This document shows, piece after piece, positions 8,650 through 19,170 of a DNA stretch of 64,000 bases. The position numbers and the translations under genes were made by a program. The notes below the pieces were generated by a model. The model did no database searches and was not told where the DNA came from. It saw only the letters and a list, made by a program, of their open reading frames with translations. This DNA comes from a virus (lineage: Duplodnaviria > Caudoviricetes): positions 32,001 through 96,000 of the IMG/VR virus record IMGVR_UViG_3300026522_000024. One strand, given 5' to 3'. How positions within the stretch are numbered: position 1 is the first letter of the stretch; every line of letters starts with the position of its first letter.

Positions 8650-8961
8650 GTGATAAATATGAGCACTAAATACTTGATTCACGCTTTTAGCAGTACTCAG
8701 AGATTGGTAGCTACTAAGAAAAAGCCTGGTGATTGGCTTCTCACTAAAGAGTGGCGTTCAAATGCTAAAGAGGAATGGAGGGTTGGTAAAGGCATTTCCC
8801 TTCCAAGGGTAGCAGGCAAGAGTGTAGCTAATGACCTTGGATACCTTCTGGTGAATGATGGTTTAGTACAAGGTTTTGAGATTATTGACGAGAGAACAGG
8901 AGAGTCAAAACATGAAGAGAGTACCCATAGTAGGCATAAGAAGTCCAATTCAAGGAATTGA
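8650..8961 (+). CDS. Hypothetical protein
   Basis: ORF with RBS GAGGTG. Confidence 0.6.
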   Translation: MINMSTKYLIHAFSSTQRLVATKKKPGDWLLTKEWRSNAKEEWRVGKGISLPRVAGKSVANDLGYLLVNDGLVQGFEIIDERTGESKHEESTHSRHKKSNSRN

Positions 8962-9589
8962 GCGAACTCCAATACATATTGAGCGTATTCCTTGGGATGA
9001 TGTTTATAAGAAATACGTCAATTACATCAAATTCGCAGCAAAGTCTACTGCTCAGGATAATGAGGGCAATTCTGCTGAGGACTTGTTTCAGGAAGGTCAG
9101 TTGATTATGTATAACTGCTACCTTTTGTACGGAGATAAGCCTATTGAGGAATTTGGGGCTATCCTCAAAGCGTCAGTCTGGCGTAAGATGCGTGAAATCT
9201 GTAACAGGAAGCAGTTTATACAGGTTAACATTGAAGATGCTTATGACATCGGATATGATGAAGACACTGTAGAAAACATATATCAAGAGCAGAAACTTGC
9301 TCACCTGGCTAGTATGTTAGAGGATAACCCTATTGCTTTGACTATTCTCAAGGAGTTTGTTTCTCCATCTGCTAGAACCATATGGGAAGCAAAGATGGAT
9401 GTAGCCCGCAAAGAAATGTTGCGTTCTCAGGATTATAAGGTGAGCGTGCCCAAACAGGTTCAGCCTACTAAGGCATCTATCCAGAGAGCAATGGAGATAC
9501 CTAAGTCCAAATTTGAACAGCATTTCAAGGAACTGAAGGAAGCAATGCTAGTGGTATATCCAGAGCATCAGTTACAAATGTGCGTGTAA
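8912..9589 (+). CDS. Phage RNA polymerase sigma-factor-like protein
   Basis: Region-2-like YKKYVNYIK...AEDLFQEGQL and C-terminal HTH-like segment; RBS AGGAG before ATG 8912. Confidence 0.7.
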   Translation: MKRVPIVGIRSPIQGIERTPIHIERIPWDDVYKKYVNYIKFAAKSTAQDNEGNSAEDLFQEGQLIMYNCYLLYGDKPIEEFGAILKASVWRKMREICNRKQFIQVNIEDAYDIGYDEDTVENIYQEQKLAHLASMLEDNPIALTILKEFVSPSARTIWEAKMDVARKEMLRSQDYKVSVPKQVQPTKASIQRAMEIPKSKFEQHFKELKEAMLVVYPEHQLQMCV

Positions 9590-9641
9590 GTTTATTTGAG
9601 TTATCTTATTTTATGTTAGTTACAATAAGGAGGAATATGTT

Positions 9642-10049
9642 ATGGCAACTATTGAAGAAATGATTAAGAATTCCAGCTGCTTTGGTGTAGCTTTTGATGG
9701 TTCTGTACGTGAGTGCAAAATTTGCGAGGTTAAACTGAAGTGTGAGAGCAAGTGCCGTTTGGGTGGGGATTCTAAGCCTGCATCAGTTAATGTGGCTACT
9801 GCAGATGAAGTTACTCACAGCAACAACAAGAAGGCAACCAATAAGAAGTCTGTTCCTGTTAAGAAAGCAGCAAAGCCTAAAGCTGAATATGCTGATGATA
9901 TGCCTGACTTCAAGTCTATGTCTGCTGATGAGATTGAGCAACTGGCAGAGGAACGTGGCATTGACATGTCTCAGTTTGAGAAGTATAAGGCAGCAAACAT
10001 CAGACGCATGCGTGTCACAATGGCTCTGAAAAAGACTTACGAAAAGTAA
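9642..10049 (+). CDS. Cys-rich Zn-binding + HeH-like domain protein
   Basis: CFG...ECKIC...C...C cluster; C-terminal LAEERGID...NIRRMRVTMALKK. Confidence 0.7.
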   Translation: MATIEEMIKNSSCFGVAFDGSVRECKICEVKLKCESKCRLGGDSKPASVNVATADEVTHSNNKKATNKKSVPVKKAAKPKAEYADDMPDFKSMSADEIEQLAEERGIDMSQFEKYKAANIRRMRVTMALKKTYEK

Positions 10050-10115
10050 CAATTTGAAGGCGGTGGCGGTGGGATAACTCTCACCGCCATTTTGTTGTAT
10101 AGGAGGTAATAATCA

Positions 10116-10766
10116 ATGGCTACTATGGAAGAAAAAATCAGGAAAGCTATGGCTGAATTAGGACTTGACCCAGATGGTGGGGATGATAATGATAAGTCTA
10201 CAAAGGTTACAGTAAAGACAAAGCAATTAGAATCCACTAAAAAAGAGTCAGTTTCCAAACCAACACAAGCGGTTGTACCTAATAAGAAGGCTGATGTTTC
10301 GGAAAAATCAAAAAGGGCTGCAGTAGTGACAGAGAAGAAAGTAGAAACACAAACTGATGTGCAAGTGCCTCAGTCTATTTTCATGAAAATCAGTGGCAAT
10401 CACATGGTTCTCCTTATTCCAGAAGGGTTGGAATTGGATAAGCAGGTTATTGGAGGTAATACATATAACACTGTAGCTGTACAAGTGCCAGATTTTGGTG
10501 GTAAACTGTATGAAATGCCATTGATAAATACTGCTCACACTGTTTCTAAGTCCAATACTGTAGTTAGAGTGCCTATTATTATGCCTAAGACTGAGCCCAG
10601 TCAATTTTCTAACGATGAGTATCTGGAAAACTTATTGAAGGAGAAAAGTAGACTAGATGCTGAAATTAAGGCTGCTAGAGCAAGTCATGATGATAACCTT
10701 GTCAATGATTTAAGAAAGCAACGTAGAAGCATTAGAGCACGTATAAACCATATTGTGGAGGGTTGA
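10116..10766 (+). CDS. Hypothetical protein
   Basis: RBS AGGAGG; 216 aa. Confidence 0.75.
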   Translation: MATMEEKIRKAMAELGLDPDGGDDNDKSTKVTVKTKQLESTKKESVSKPTQAVVPNKKADVSEKSKRAAVVTEKKVETQTDVQVPQSIFMKISGNHMVLLIPEGLELDKQVIGGNTYNTVAVQVPDFGGKLYEMPLINTAHTVSKSNTVVRVPIIMPKTEPSQFSNDEYLENLLKEKSRLDAEIKAARASHDDNLVNDLRKQRRSIRARINHIVEG

Positions 10767-10767
10767 C

Positions 10768-11493
10768 ATGAACAGAGTGCCTATAATACATAGGGTGTCT
10801 ATTTATCGTAGGCACTCTATTTATCGTAGAACATCAGTATACCGCAGAAAGCCATTATACCCAGAGTTGTCTAAGTTTAGGACTTGTGAGTTATTGTATA
10901 ATAACAGTAATTGGTGTAAAAATAATGGCAAATACATCATTAGATGTATGGAAGCAGGTTTTGATTTCAATAAGGTAGCTAATGCTATTTCTTACGGAAG
11001 AGAACACAATAAAACTGCTAGACTTATAGTGGATTTTGAGGTAGATGAAAGAATACTGTGGGCTGCTTCTTATGCTGACCATAATATATTACAGATAAAT
11101 GTATTTTTGTGTAAAAAAGACCTGTCATGGGTAGGAAGATTATCCCATATTGCTAATAAGTGTGGAATGATTGTAGTATTATTCTTGTTTCCGATTGTAC
11201 CTAACAGGATAATGCCACATCACGTGCTTAGAGTCATTGATATGGTAAAGAATCTGCCCTCTCAGTATATAATGCTTAGGTTTGCTGAGTCTAAATCAAG
11301 ATTACTAGAACACGGTAATTGGATGAATATCAATGGAAAAGCTGTAGATAAGAGATTTATACAAGTAAATAATGAAAACTGGGGTTGTTCTCCTTTATTT
11401 AAGGAGAGATTTATGAAACTAATCATGGAGTATACAGAACCAAGGGGAATTAAAATTGGAGTTTGCGGAGATAGCGAAAACTGCATCATGTAA
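10768..11493 (+). CDS. Hypothetical protein, possibly a degenerate radical-SAM/SPL-like barrel
   Basis: LFPIVP and GIKIGVC resemble SPL-like C-terminal segments, but there is no CxxxCxxC motif; Arg-rich N-terminal repeats. Confidence 0.4.
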   Translation: MNRVPIIHRVSIYRRHSIYRRTSVYRRKPLYPELSKFRTCELLYNNSNWCKNNGKYIIRCMEAGFDFNKVANAISYGREHNKTARLIVDFEVDERILWAASYADHNILQINVFLCKKDLSWVGRLSHIANKCGMIVVLFLFPIVPNRIMPHHVLRVIDMVKNLPSQYIMLRFAESKSRLLEHGNWMNINGKAVDKRFIQVNNENWGCSPLFKERFMKLIMEYTEPRGIKIGVCGDSENCIM

Positions 11494-11515
11494 TAGGATT
11501 GTGAGGTGAGTACAT

Positions 11516-13327
11516 TTGGCTTTGAGACAAGTAGAACTAGATAAATTTTTATCAGTATCATTTCCTTGTAGATTAAATAAGCCTTTGTTGGTAAACATCA
11601 GAGGTTGTAATGGTTCTGGAAAATCCACAATACCTATTATGATGATGAATACTGACCCTTATGCCTTTGAGGTAGTTTGGTATAGAAATAACAAAAAACG
11701 TGTAATCTGTACAGTATTCCCATCATATGAATTCTTGGCTGTAGGTCATTATCACTCTAAGTGTGGAGGAATGGATTCAATAAAGGACACTCAGGAGGTC
11801 AAAGACTCAGTACAAGCATTGTGGAACTGTAAAATGAACATACTTATGGAAGGAATCATGGCGTCTACAGTATATAAGACTTACGCTGACTTGTTTTCTG
11901 AATTAAATAGTGATAACTCCAGAAAAGTATTGGTGTTTAATTTAGTACCTCCACTAAGCACATGCTTAGATAGGATACAGTCTAGGAATGGTGGTAAACC
12001 TATTAAGAGTGAATTGGTAGAGGGAAAATGGAAAACTGTATGTAGAAACCATGAAAAGTTTTCTGACGCAGGTTTTACTAGCATAAAGGCTGATAACTCT
12101 GAGATTTCTATAGGTGACACATTAAGTTGGTTCTTTGAAAAAATCAATTTTCGTACAGATACCTTTACAGATAAAATGATAAGTGCTTCTACTGCGGTAG
12201 AGTCAATTGAATATACAGATAAAAATGGAAAAATGAAAAGAATCAGGTCACTGCCAAAGTTTACTGGTACTCCAGAGCCAATTTATATACCTACTAAAGA
12301 GGATACAGAAGGGTATGAGTGGTCTAAATATTACAAAAAGCCCAATAAAAATATGGTTATAAATTGGGATAACATGAGGCTATATTGGTACTGGATAACT
12401 GAGAGAATGAGGATTTGGCACAGGAGAACAATTCTTAGAGAGCCATTCCCTTGGACTGAAGACAAGATTCTACAGGATAACAAATTCACTAATTGCTTCA
12501 GGGATTTGGATAGAGGTACACTTGTATACATCAGGGAGATTCTAAGGAAATTAGATGAACCTTGTGAAGATTTAACAAAGCGTATTAAGGAAGTCATACT
12601 AAACACACAAGTATATAGAATGTTTCTAAAGTATTCTACTTGGAAAAAGATAGGATTCTTGTATCTGGATACCTATGAGGAACAATGGGAGCAAGCCAAG
12701 GAAAAACTAAGAACTGCTAAGGCTAATGGTGAGGTTATATGGCACGCAGCTTATTTTGTTACAGACTTAAAAGCTGCCAATCCTAACCCTAAGACCAATC
12801 ATGACAAGCTGGAAAATGCTTTATGCTTATGTGAAATGTTTTATGAGTACTTAGACGACACCTATGAATATGTCATAAGTCATGATATGAAGGATTGTTT
12901 AGAGCATCTTGGACATTTTCCAGAGATAAAAGGATTCTCAGTATATGAATGGCTGTGTGATTGGGGGATGGCTTATAGATACGTGAAGAACTATTTTGTA
13001 AACTGGACAGACGACAGTTATGTAAATGTTGGTCCAGGCAATAGAATGGGGATGGATTTAATCTTTGAGGACAAAGGAGGTTTGGACTACCCAGAGTTGA
13101 ATTTCTATCTCAGAGCCTCATGGAAACACTACATGAAAAGGTATGGGTACTATGATGAGTTCATTTCTTTAATTCCGAAATGGATGAATGGTAGTGTAAC
13201 TGTTAGAACCATAGAGCATGATATATGTGAGACCCAGAAATACCTGAATATATACTATGGTATAGGCAGGACTAAAAGCAAGTTCAAGAATGAATCCAGA
13301 AATAACCTAGATTCACTAGTACTGTAG
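11516..13327 (+). CDS. 5-hydroxymethyluracil DNA kinase (P-loop kinase fused to aGPT-Pplase1/helical domain)
   Basis: NIRGCNGSGKST P-loop; ERMRIW..R....PWTEDKILQDNKFTNCFRDLDR signature; GPG and EHDICE motifs. Confidence 0.85.
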   Translation: MALRQVELDKFLSVSFPCRLNKPLLVNIRGCNGSGKSTIPIMMMNTDPYAFEVVWYRNNKKRVICTVFPSYEFLAVGHYHSKCGGMDSIKDTQEVKDSVQALWNCKMNILMEGIMASTVYKTYADLFSELNSDNSRKVLVFNLVPPLSTCLDRIQSRNGGKPIKSELVEGKWKTVCRNHEKFSDAGFTSIKADNSEISIGDTLSWFFEKINFRTDTFTDKMISASTAVESIEYTDKNGKMKRIRSLPKFTGTPEPIYIPTKEDTEGYEWSKYYKKPNKNMVINWDNMRLYWYWITERMRIWHRRTILREPFPWTEDKILQDNKFTNCFRDLDRGTLVYIREILRKLDEPCEDLTKRIKEVILNTQVYRMFLKYSTWKKIGFLYLDTYEEQWEQAKEKLRTAKANGEVIWHAAYFVTDLKAANPNPKTNHDKLENALCLCEMFYEYLDDTYEYVISHDMKDCLEHLGHFPEIKGFSVYEWLCDWGMAYRYVKNYFVNWTDDSYVNVGPGNRMGMDLIFEDKGGLDYPELNFYLRASWKHYMKRYGYYDEFISLIPKWMNGSVTVRTIEHDICETQKYLNIYYGIGRTKSKFKNESRNNLDSLVL

Positions 13328-13339
13328 GAGGTATCAATC

Positions 13340-13600
13340 ATGGCATACAAGAAGTCAGAAGAATTTTCCTATGAAATCACTAAGCATTTGTGTGACTTGT
13401 CCGAGAAGAACAAGGGATGGGTGAAGCAGCTGAATACCGTAAAATGGAATAACTCTAAGGAAGAAGTGTACGACATACGCAGCTGGCATTATCCTGATGG
13501 TTCTGATACTCCTGATAGGATGTCTAAAGGAATTTCACTTTCTTATGAAGAATTTGCGATTTTGTGTCAATCTGCTTATGATGAAGGCATTGTCAGCTAA
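13340..13600 (+). CDS. YdbC/PC4-family ssDNA-binding protein
   Basis: KGWVKQLNTVKWN, YDIRSW, RMSKGISLS. Confidence 0.85.
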   Translation: MAYKKSEEFSYEITKHLCDLSEKNKGWVKQLNTVKWNNSKEEVYDIRSWHYPDGSDTPDRMSKGISLSYEEFAILCQSAYDEGIVS

Positions 13601-13636
13601 ACAGATATTATTACTCATGTGAAGGGAGTGATAAAC

Positions 13637-14239
13637 ATGGTTGATAAGGACTTTTATGACTTGGTAAATAATGGAGTCAAGAGGTCAAGTGACAACTGGG
13701 GTACTGGAGTAATTCTTCAGCACCCTGTTACCAATAAAATCCTTCTAGCCAGAAGAACAGATGGAGATAAGCAGTATGCCTCACCTGGTGGTAAAGTAGA
13801 GTACCAGGAGAGTCCAAAAGAAGGAATACTGAGGGAGTGCAGAGAGGAAAGTAACGTAACCATAAAGGATATGTGTTGTTATGATTTCCGTACTCACTCT
13901 AGCCCTAATGGTAAGAATTGGGTTGACTTCCTGTTTTACTCTAATAACTTTGATGACTCTGACATACGGAATCAGCCATCAGAAATGGAAGAATTTTCTT
14001 GGTTCACAGTAGAGGATGCCTTGAATTTGGACTTGTTCCCACCAACCAAGGCAGCATTAAAGAGAGCAGTAGAGTTGGGACTCACAGCAGGTAGTTGTGA
14101 TGAACAGAATTACATTCCATTTGTAGACTGCCCATCTACTCCTTCTGCTGTACAGGATAGCTGCTGCTGTGCTTATTCTTTTGTAGAACCAGAGAAGATT
14201 TTTGATAAGGGTGATGCTCCTTATTTACCTTGGGACTAA
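13637..14239 (+). CDS. Nudix hydrolase
   Basis: Nudix box GGKVEYQESPKEGILRECREES. Confidence 0.9.
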   Translation: MVDKDFYDLVNNGVKRSSDNWGTGVILQHPVTNKILLARRTDGDKQYASPGGKVEYQESPKEGILRECREESNVTIKDMCCYDFRTHSSPNGKNWVDFLFYSNNFDDSDIRNQPSEMEEFSWFTVEDALNLDLFPPTKAALKRAVELGLTAGSCDEQNYIPFVDCPSTPSAVQDSCCCAYSFVEPEKIFDKGDAPYLPWD

Positions 14240-14269
14240 GCACACCAAATAATCTATGATTGATTGTAG

Positions 14270-14325
14270 ATACCTCTTTATTTAGTTAGGTGTAGTTTTA
14301 TAGCATCTACTAAATAAGGAGGTAT
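14270..14325 (+). promoter_or_regulatory. RBS-sequestering hairpin upstream of the hydroxymethylase
   Basis: ATACCTCTTTATTTAGTTAGGTGT pairs with GCATCTACTAAATAAGGAGGTAT, covering AGGAGG. Confidence 0.8.
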
Positions 14326-14329
14326 TTTT

Positions 14330-15616
14330 ATGTATTGTTTACAAGGAGAAAATCCTACTAAGATGTATTTACAGTCTATTAAGGACTTGATGGCTAATGG
14401 TGATGAAGTATCCCCCAGAGGTAAGTTGGTAAAGGAACTGCGTCCAGCTTGTATTGAGTTTCTTAATCCTTATAGCAGGGTAACATTCTTGGGGGGCAGA
14501 CGAATCAATCCATTCTTTCAGGTAGCAGAAAGCCTTTGGATTCTTAGTGGTAAGGCTGACGTGGAGTGGCTGACTAAGTTTAATGCCAATATGTCCATGT
14601 TCTCTGATGATGGAAAGTGGTTTAATGCTCCTTATGGAGAGCGAATCAGAACTTGGAACAAGAATGCTCTTCACAATGTAGTTATCAATCCTATTGACCA
14701 GTTGGCTGATGCATATAGAAAGCTGGTAAACGATAAGGATACACGTCAAGCAGTTATTGTGATTAGCAATCCTATGTTCGATAACTCTAAATATACGATT
14801 GATGAAAAAGGCAAGGATATTGCGTGTAATCTTGTGATTACTTTTAAGATTCGTCATGATGCTCTCAATATGACTGTATTTAATCGTAGTAACGATACTC
14901 ACTGGGGTGTATTTGGTGCTAATCTTTGTCAGTTTTCTACTATACAGGAAACACTGTTGAACTGGCTGCGTAAGTCTGGCAATCCAGAATTGTCTAGCCT
15001 GAAGATGGGTACTTATAACCAGATTACGGATTCACTTCATATTTACATGGATTCTTATGGCTCTAAGTGTACTGATGACGTAATGGATTACTATAAGGAA
15101 AATCCAGAGGAAGAACTGGAAGTTGATTTCCTTCTTGATTCTGATAAGGGTAATTTTGAGCCTAGAATGAGGTTGTCTGCTGAAGAGTTTGATGCCTTTA
15201 TCTCAGTATTCTGGAGCGTTATCAATCCTTATCTTATGGACGATGAAACACTGGTAGACGATGAGCGTTGTGAAGAAGTATTCGGAAAAGTAGGCTTAGT
15301 AGATGGCATGTACCGCAGAGGTGTAATAGATGACTACTGGCTTATGGTAATTCAGGCAATGCTGTCTTATAGGCTGGTTAAGATGGGCATGCTGTCTAAG
15401 GCACTCAACTACATGAGTGTAATGGCAGATTGCCAGTGGAAAGTTTCTATGATGTTTTTCCTCAAGACCTTTATTTATAAGCAAGAAGGTGATATGAAGG
15501 AAGAATGCTATAACAAATTTAATGAAATTGTGAACAACATGAAACTTAGCTACTCCAACGCATTTGGAGAAGATAGCAAGGAAGTAAAAATGTTAATGAA
15601 GTACTTGGCACTATAA
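14330..15616 (+). CDS. Thymidylate-synthase-superfamily dUMP hydroxymethylase
   Basis: YGERI, DTRQAVI, DIACN (catalytic Cys), RSNDTHWG...AN, SLHIY; next to the 5hmdU kinase. Confidence 0.85.
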   Translation: MYCLQGENPTKMYLQSIKDLMANGDEVSPRGKLVKELRPACIEFLNPYSRVTFLGGRRINPFFQVAESLWILSGKADVEWLTKFNANMSMFSDDGKWFNAPYGERIRTWNKNALHNVVINPIDQLADAYRKLVNDKDTRQAVIVISNPMFDNSKYTIDEKGKDIACNLVITFKIRHDALNMTVFNRSNDTHWGVFGANLCQFSTIQETLLNWLRKSGNPELSSLKMGTYNQITDSLHIYMDSYGSKCTDDVMDYYKENPEEELEVDFLLDSDKGNFEPRMRLSAEEFDAFISVFWSVINPYLMDDETLVDDERCEEVFGKVGLVDGMYRRGVIDDYWLMVIQAMLSYRLVKMGMLSKALNYMSVMADCQWKVSMMFFLKTFIYKQEGDMKEECYNKFNEIVNNMKLSYSNAFGEDSKEVKMLMKYLAL

Positions 15617-15628
15617 GGAGGACTTTAG

Positions 15629-16330
15629 ATGAATAATGATGTAACTCAGGTGATTTCTGATACCACCAATAAGAATGACCTTTTGATGATGCTAAATTAT
15701 CGGAGGTTGAAGAACATTAGACGTTGCAATAACCTGCCTACTATCAACACAGTAGACGTAGCTCAACATAGCTTTTATACTGCTCTTTTGGCAGTTACGT
15801 TGGCTTCAGACTATAATGTGTGGGCTACCAAGAACAATCTTCAGTATCACCCTTTGGACTTTGATAATCATGTACCTACCATTGATGGCGATAAGGCTAT
15901 GAAGAAGGCATTGTTCCATGATTTAGAAGAGTCATTTACTTCTGATATTCCTTGGAACGTAAAGCACCATGATGAGAAAGCACATGAGGCAATTACTGAA
16001 TGTATTCATTCTAAGCTGAACAAAGTGTATGATGGATGTAGTCCTGTTATTATGGAGCACAAGCACTTCATTGAGACCTGTAAGGACAAAACTATTGAAG
16101 GACAGCTGGTAGATTTAGTAGATTCTCTGGAGTGTGCTTGGTACTGCTATCAAGAAGTGAGCATGGGTAATAAATACCTTGGGAATATGTTAAATAAGTG
16201 CGTAAAGCTCATTGAGGCTATGCCTTTGTACGAAAAGTTGTATAAGGCAAGCCCCATATTCAAGAGCATGATAAAGCTGTTCGATAATTTGGCTAAGTCC
16301 AACTGTGATAAGACTATGAATATTGATTAG
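15629..16330 (+). CDS. HD-domain 5'-deoxynucleotidase (YfbR-like)
   Basis: VAQHSF, ALFHDLEESFTSDIP, VDSLE. Confidence 0.85.
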   Translation: MNNDVTQVISDTTNKNDLLMMLNYRRLKNIRRCNNLPTINTVDVAQHSFYTALLAVTLASDYNVWATKNNLQYHPLDFDNHVPTIDGDKAMKKALFHDLEESFTSDIPWNVKHHDEKAHEAITECIHSKLNKVYDGCSPVIMEHKHFIETCKDKTIEGQLVDLVDSLECAWYCYQEVSMGNKYLGNMLNKCVKLIEAMPLYEKLYKASPIFKSMIKLFDNLAKSNCDKTMNID

Positions 16331-16340
16331 GAGGAAAATT

Positions 16341-16751
16341 ATGAGTAATCAGCAGGAACTGAAGGAAGAACTCTTGCGTAAGTTTAAGGAGTATCTTGAT
16401 AGTCAGGAGGAATTGAGTCCAGACAACATTAATATGATGAAGTTTCTTCCGTACCTTTTGAAGCTACAGAATCAGAAGTCACTCATATATGGACGTAGCT
16501 ACTGTAGACATGGCGATTTGTCCATCTTCTTGAATACAGAGAGAAAGTGGGATAGAATTTCCAACATAATGGACAACGCTATGAAGTCAGGGATGAATAC
16601 ACTTTATAGTGATAAATCAGCCACTCCTACAGAGACTTTTGTGGATACAGTAGTAGACCTAGCCAGCTATGGGATGCTGTGGGCAGCGTACATTATGGAA
16701 ACTCATCCAGAGGACTTCCAAAGATTTATTGAGAATAATGAGATAGAGTAA
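16341..16751 (+). CDS. Nucleotide-modification-associated all-alpha (MazG-like) protein
   Basis: K...YGRSY...IFLNTERKWDRI...ETFVDTVVDLASY. Confidence 0.6.
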   Translation: MSNQQELKEELLRKFKEYLDSQEELSPDNINMMKFLPYLLKLQNQKSLIYGRSYCRHGDLSIFLNTERKWDRISNIMDNAMKSGMNTLYSDKSATPTETFVDTVVDLASYGMLWAAYIMETHPEDFQRFIENNEIE

Positions 16752-16867
16752 CAGGAAAATTTTACAGCAATTCTAAATTGACGTGTAAAATTAAGGTACA
16801 TCCGTTATATTTATGATAGAACCCATTTGAGGGAGAAATAAAAACATACAAGAAGGAGAGATTAACC

Positions 16868-17296
16868 ATGGCAGACAAGAAAAAAGACGCAAAGGCAACC
16901 AACAAGAAGGCAGCAACTGCTGTTAAGAAGGATGCTAAGGCAAAAGTTGAGGTAGGTACTGTAGCTAACACTGGTGACATTGTGAAGGGTATTGCTGATT
17001 TGAGCAAGGACACTGACCGCAAGATTTCACAGGCTGATGCAGCTCATGTGATTCGTCTGATGGCTCAGGCAGTTGGCAATGAGATTGCTAAGGGCAAGCG
17101 TGTACAGCTCACTGGATTTGTTACATTCTATCCGTCTTACCGTGGTCCACGTAAGGGCAATAACGTACTGACTGGGGAGTCCATGGACATTCCTGCTGGA
17201 GTTGCTCTGATGGCTAAGGCTGCTGGTCCATTGAAGGACATCACCCATAACATGGATGAGAAGATGGTCAATGCCATTAAGGCTATCAACGAATAA
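16868..17296 (+). CDS. HU/IHF-like DNA-binding protein
   Basis: GKRVQLTGFVTF...RKGNNVLTGESMDIPA; Lys/Ala-rich N-tail. Confidence 0.85.
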   Translation: MADKKKDAKATNKKAATAVKKDAKAKVEVGTVANTGDIVKGIADLSKDTDRKISQADAAHVIRLMAQAVGNEIAKGKRVQLTGFVTFYPSYRGPRKGNNVLTGESMDIPAGVALMAKAAGPLKDITHNMDEKMVNAIKAINE

Positions 17297-17325
17297 TTAC
17301 GACATCAATTCCATAAAGAAATAGC

Positions 17326-17360
17326 AAAGCCGTGTTGTGTAAGAGCAACACGGCTTTTCT
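17326..17360 (+). terminator. Rho-independent terminator
   Basis: AAAGCCGTGTTG...CAACACGGCTTTTCT. Confidence 0.85.
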
Positions 17361-17433
17361 GTTCACTAACTAATGTAATACCATGGTATATCCCTTTATT
17401 TAGGGTAGACTTATTAAGAAGGGAGTTGAGTAT

Positions 17434-19170
17434 GTGAACTGCGATAAATGCGAACTCTGTAAGGGAGTTTCTAACCCACTAATAATGGGAGAGGGCAGTG
17501 GAAAATCCAGGGTTATGTTTATACAGGACTGTCCAGGAGAATTAGACGATAAGCACGGACAACCATTTTATGGTAAGTCATGTAATGCCGTGAGAACTGC
17601 GATGGAAAATCGTGGGATAAGCGATGTCTATTTCACCTCCTTGGTAAAATGTTTAGCACCTAACGAAGAACCAAAACCTGCTCATATAGAGCAGTGCTTA
17701 GAGTACCTAGAATCAGAGATAGAGGTGGTTGACCCAGACATTATAATTCCTACTGGGAATAAATCACTGAAATACTGTATAGGTAGGGTTGGAATAACCA
17801 AGGTAAGAGGCAATGCTCAGGAAGTAGAAATTTGTGGTAGAACTAGAATTGTACTGCCTACAATGCATCCACGTTCAGTACTGAAAAAGCCAGCCTATAA
17901 AGAGTATATCCTAAAAGACATGGATACTCTAAAGGATTTGTACGACAATGGAATGACAGAGGTTTCAGGGGTAGACTACAAGTATTTGGAAACTGTTGAG
18001 GATTGCGTAAAAGAAATAGTACGTATGAAGAATGAGGCTAAAATACTTAGCTTTGACTTGGAGACAACAGGAAAGTCTGCTTATATGGATTACTCTAAGA
18101 TTGTTTGTATAAGTCTTACGGATAAGACTCATTATGGAGTAGTAATACCTCTGTATAAACATGATTCCCCAATGAGCACTCAGGAAACTGGATTCATAGT
18201 AAAGCTGTTGAGGTGGTTACTGGAAGATGAATCCATACCTAAAGTAGCACATAACGGTAAATTCGATATTGAGTGGCTAAGAGATTGGTTAGGAATTGAT
18301 GTAAAGAACTTCTCATTTGACACCCTGTTGGGTCACTACTTAGCTGTATCAGAAGAGCAAGGTACTCAAGGATTGAAGAGTCAGGCTTGGGAGTTTACTG
18401 ATATGGGTGGGTATGACAATGAATTGGATGAGTACAGGGGTAAGCTATCTGATGGAGAAGGAGTAAATTCCAGATACAACTATGATAGAATACCTTGGGA
18501 TATATTGAAGACATACGCTGCTGCTGATGTAGACTGCTGCTTGAGATTGTATGAAATATATAAGCCTATGATTGAAGAGAATGACAAGTGGAGTATTGTT
18601 ATGAATGATATAATGATGCCAGTAAGTTATGCTCTGAGAGATATAGAGTCCAATGGAATGAAGATGGATGTTGATATTTCCAAAAAGTATAAGAACAGCT
18701 ATGCTGAGGAAATAACCAGAATAACAGATAGGCTAGAAAGCTATCCAGAGGTATTGGACATTGAACGTGAAAAGCGTCAGCTGTTTCAGGAGAGAGAACT
18801 GATAAAGTCAATACCTAAGAAGGACAGAACAGATGAAGAGCAAAAGAAATTCACGGAGTACAAAAAGTATGAGAATTTCAAGTTTAACTGGAATAGTGTT
18901 AATCAGCTGCGTGAATTGCTGTATGATAAGCTAGGGCTGGTGACGTCAGTACTCACAAATAAAGGTGAATTAAGTACCAGTGAGGAAGCAATGAATGAGA
19001 TAAGAGAGCAGCATGAGATACCAGACCTGCTCTTAGAACTCAGGAAAATTAGCACTCTGAATAATATGTTCATACAAAAGCTGCCTGAAATGGTGGATTC
19101 TCAAGGGATAATACATCCTAGTTTTAATTTGTCTGGAACGGTTACAGGACGTTTGAGTAGCGAGAACCCT
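17434..19170 (+). CDS. polA: DNA polymerase family A, exon 1 (UDG-like + 3'-5' exonuclease + start of the pol domain)
   Basis: CDKCELC/UDG-4-like N-terminus; DLETTG, HNGKFD, YAAAD exo motifs; TVTGRLSSENP. Confidence 0.93.

Noticed and set aside
7795-8682. 295-aa minus-strand ORF (also 37574-38482, 52058-53080 and other minus ORFs)
   Set aside because: Antisense shadows of codon-biased plus-strand genes; no RBS or motifs
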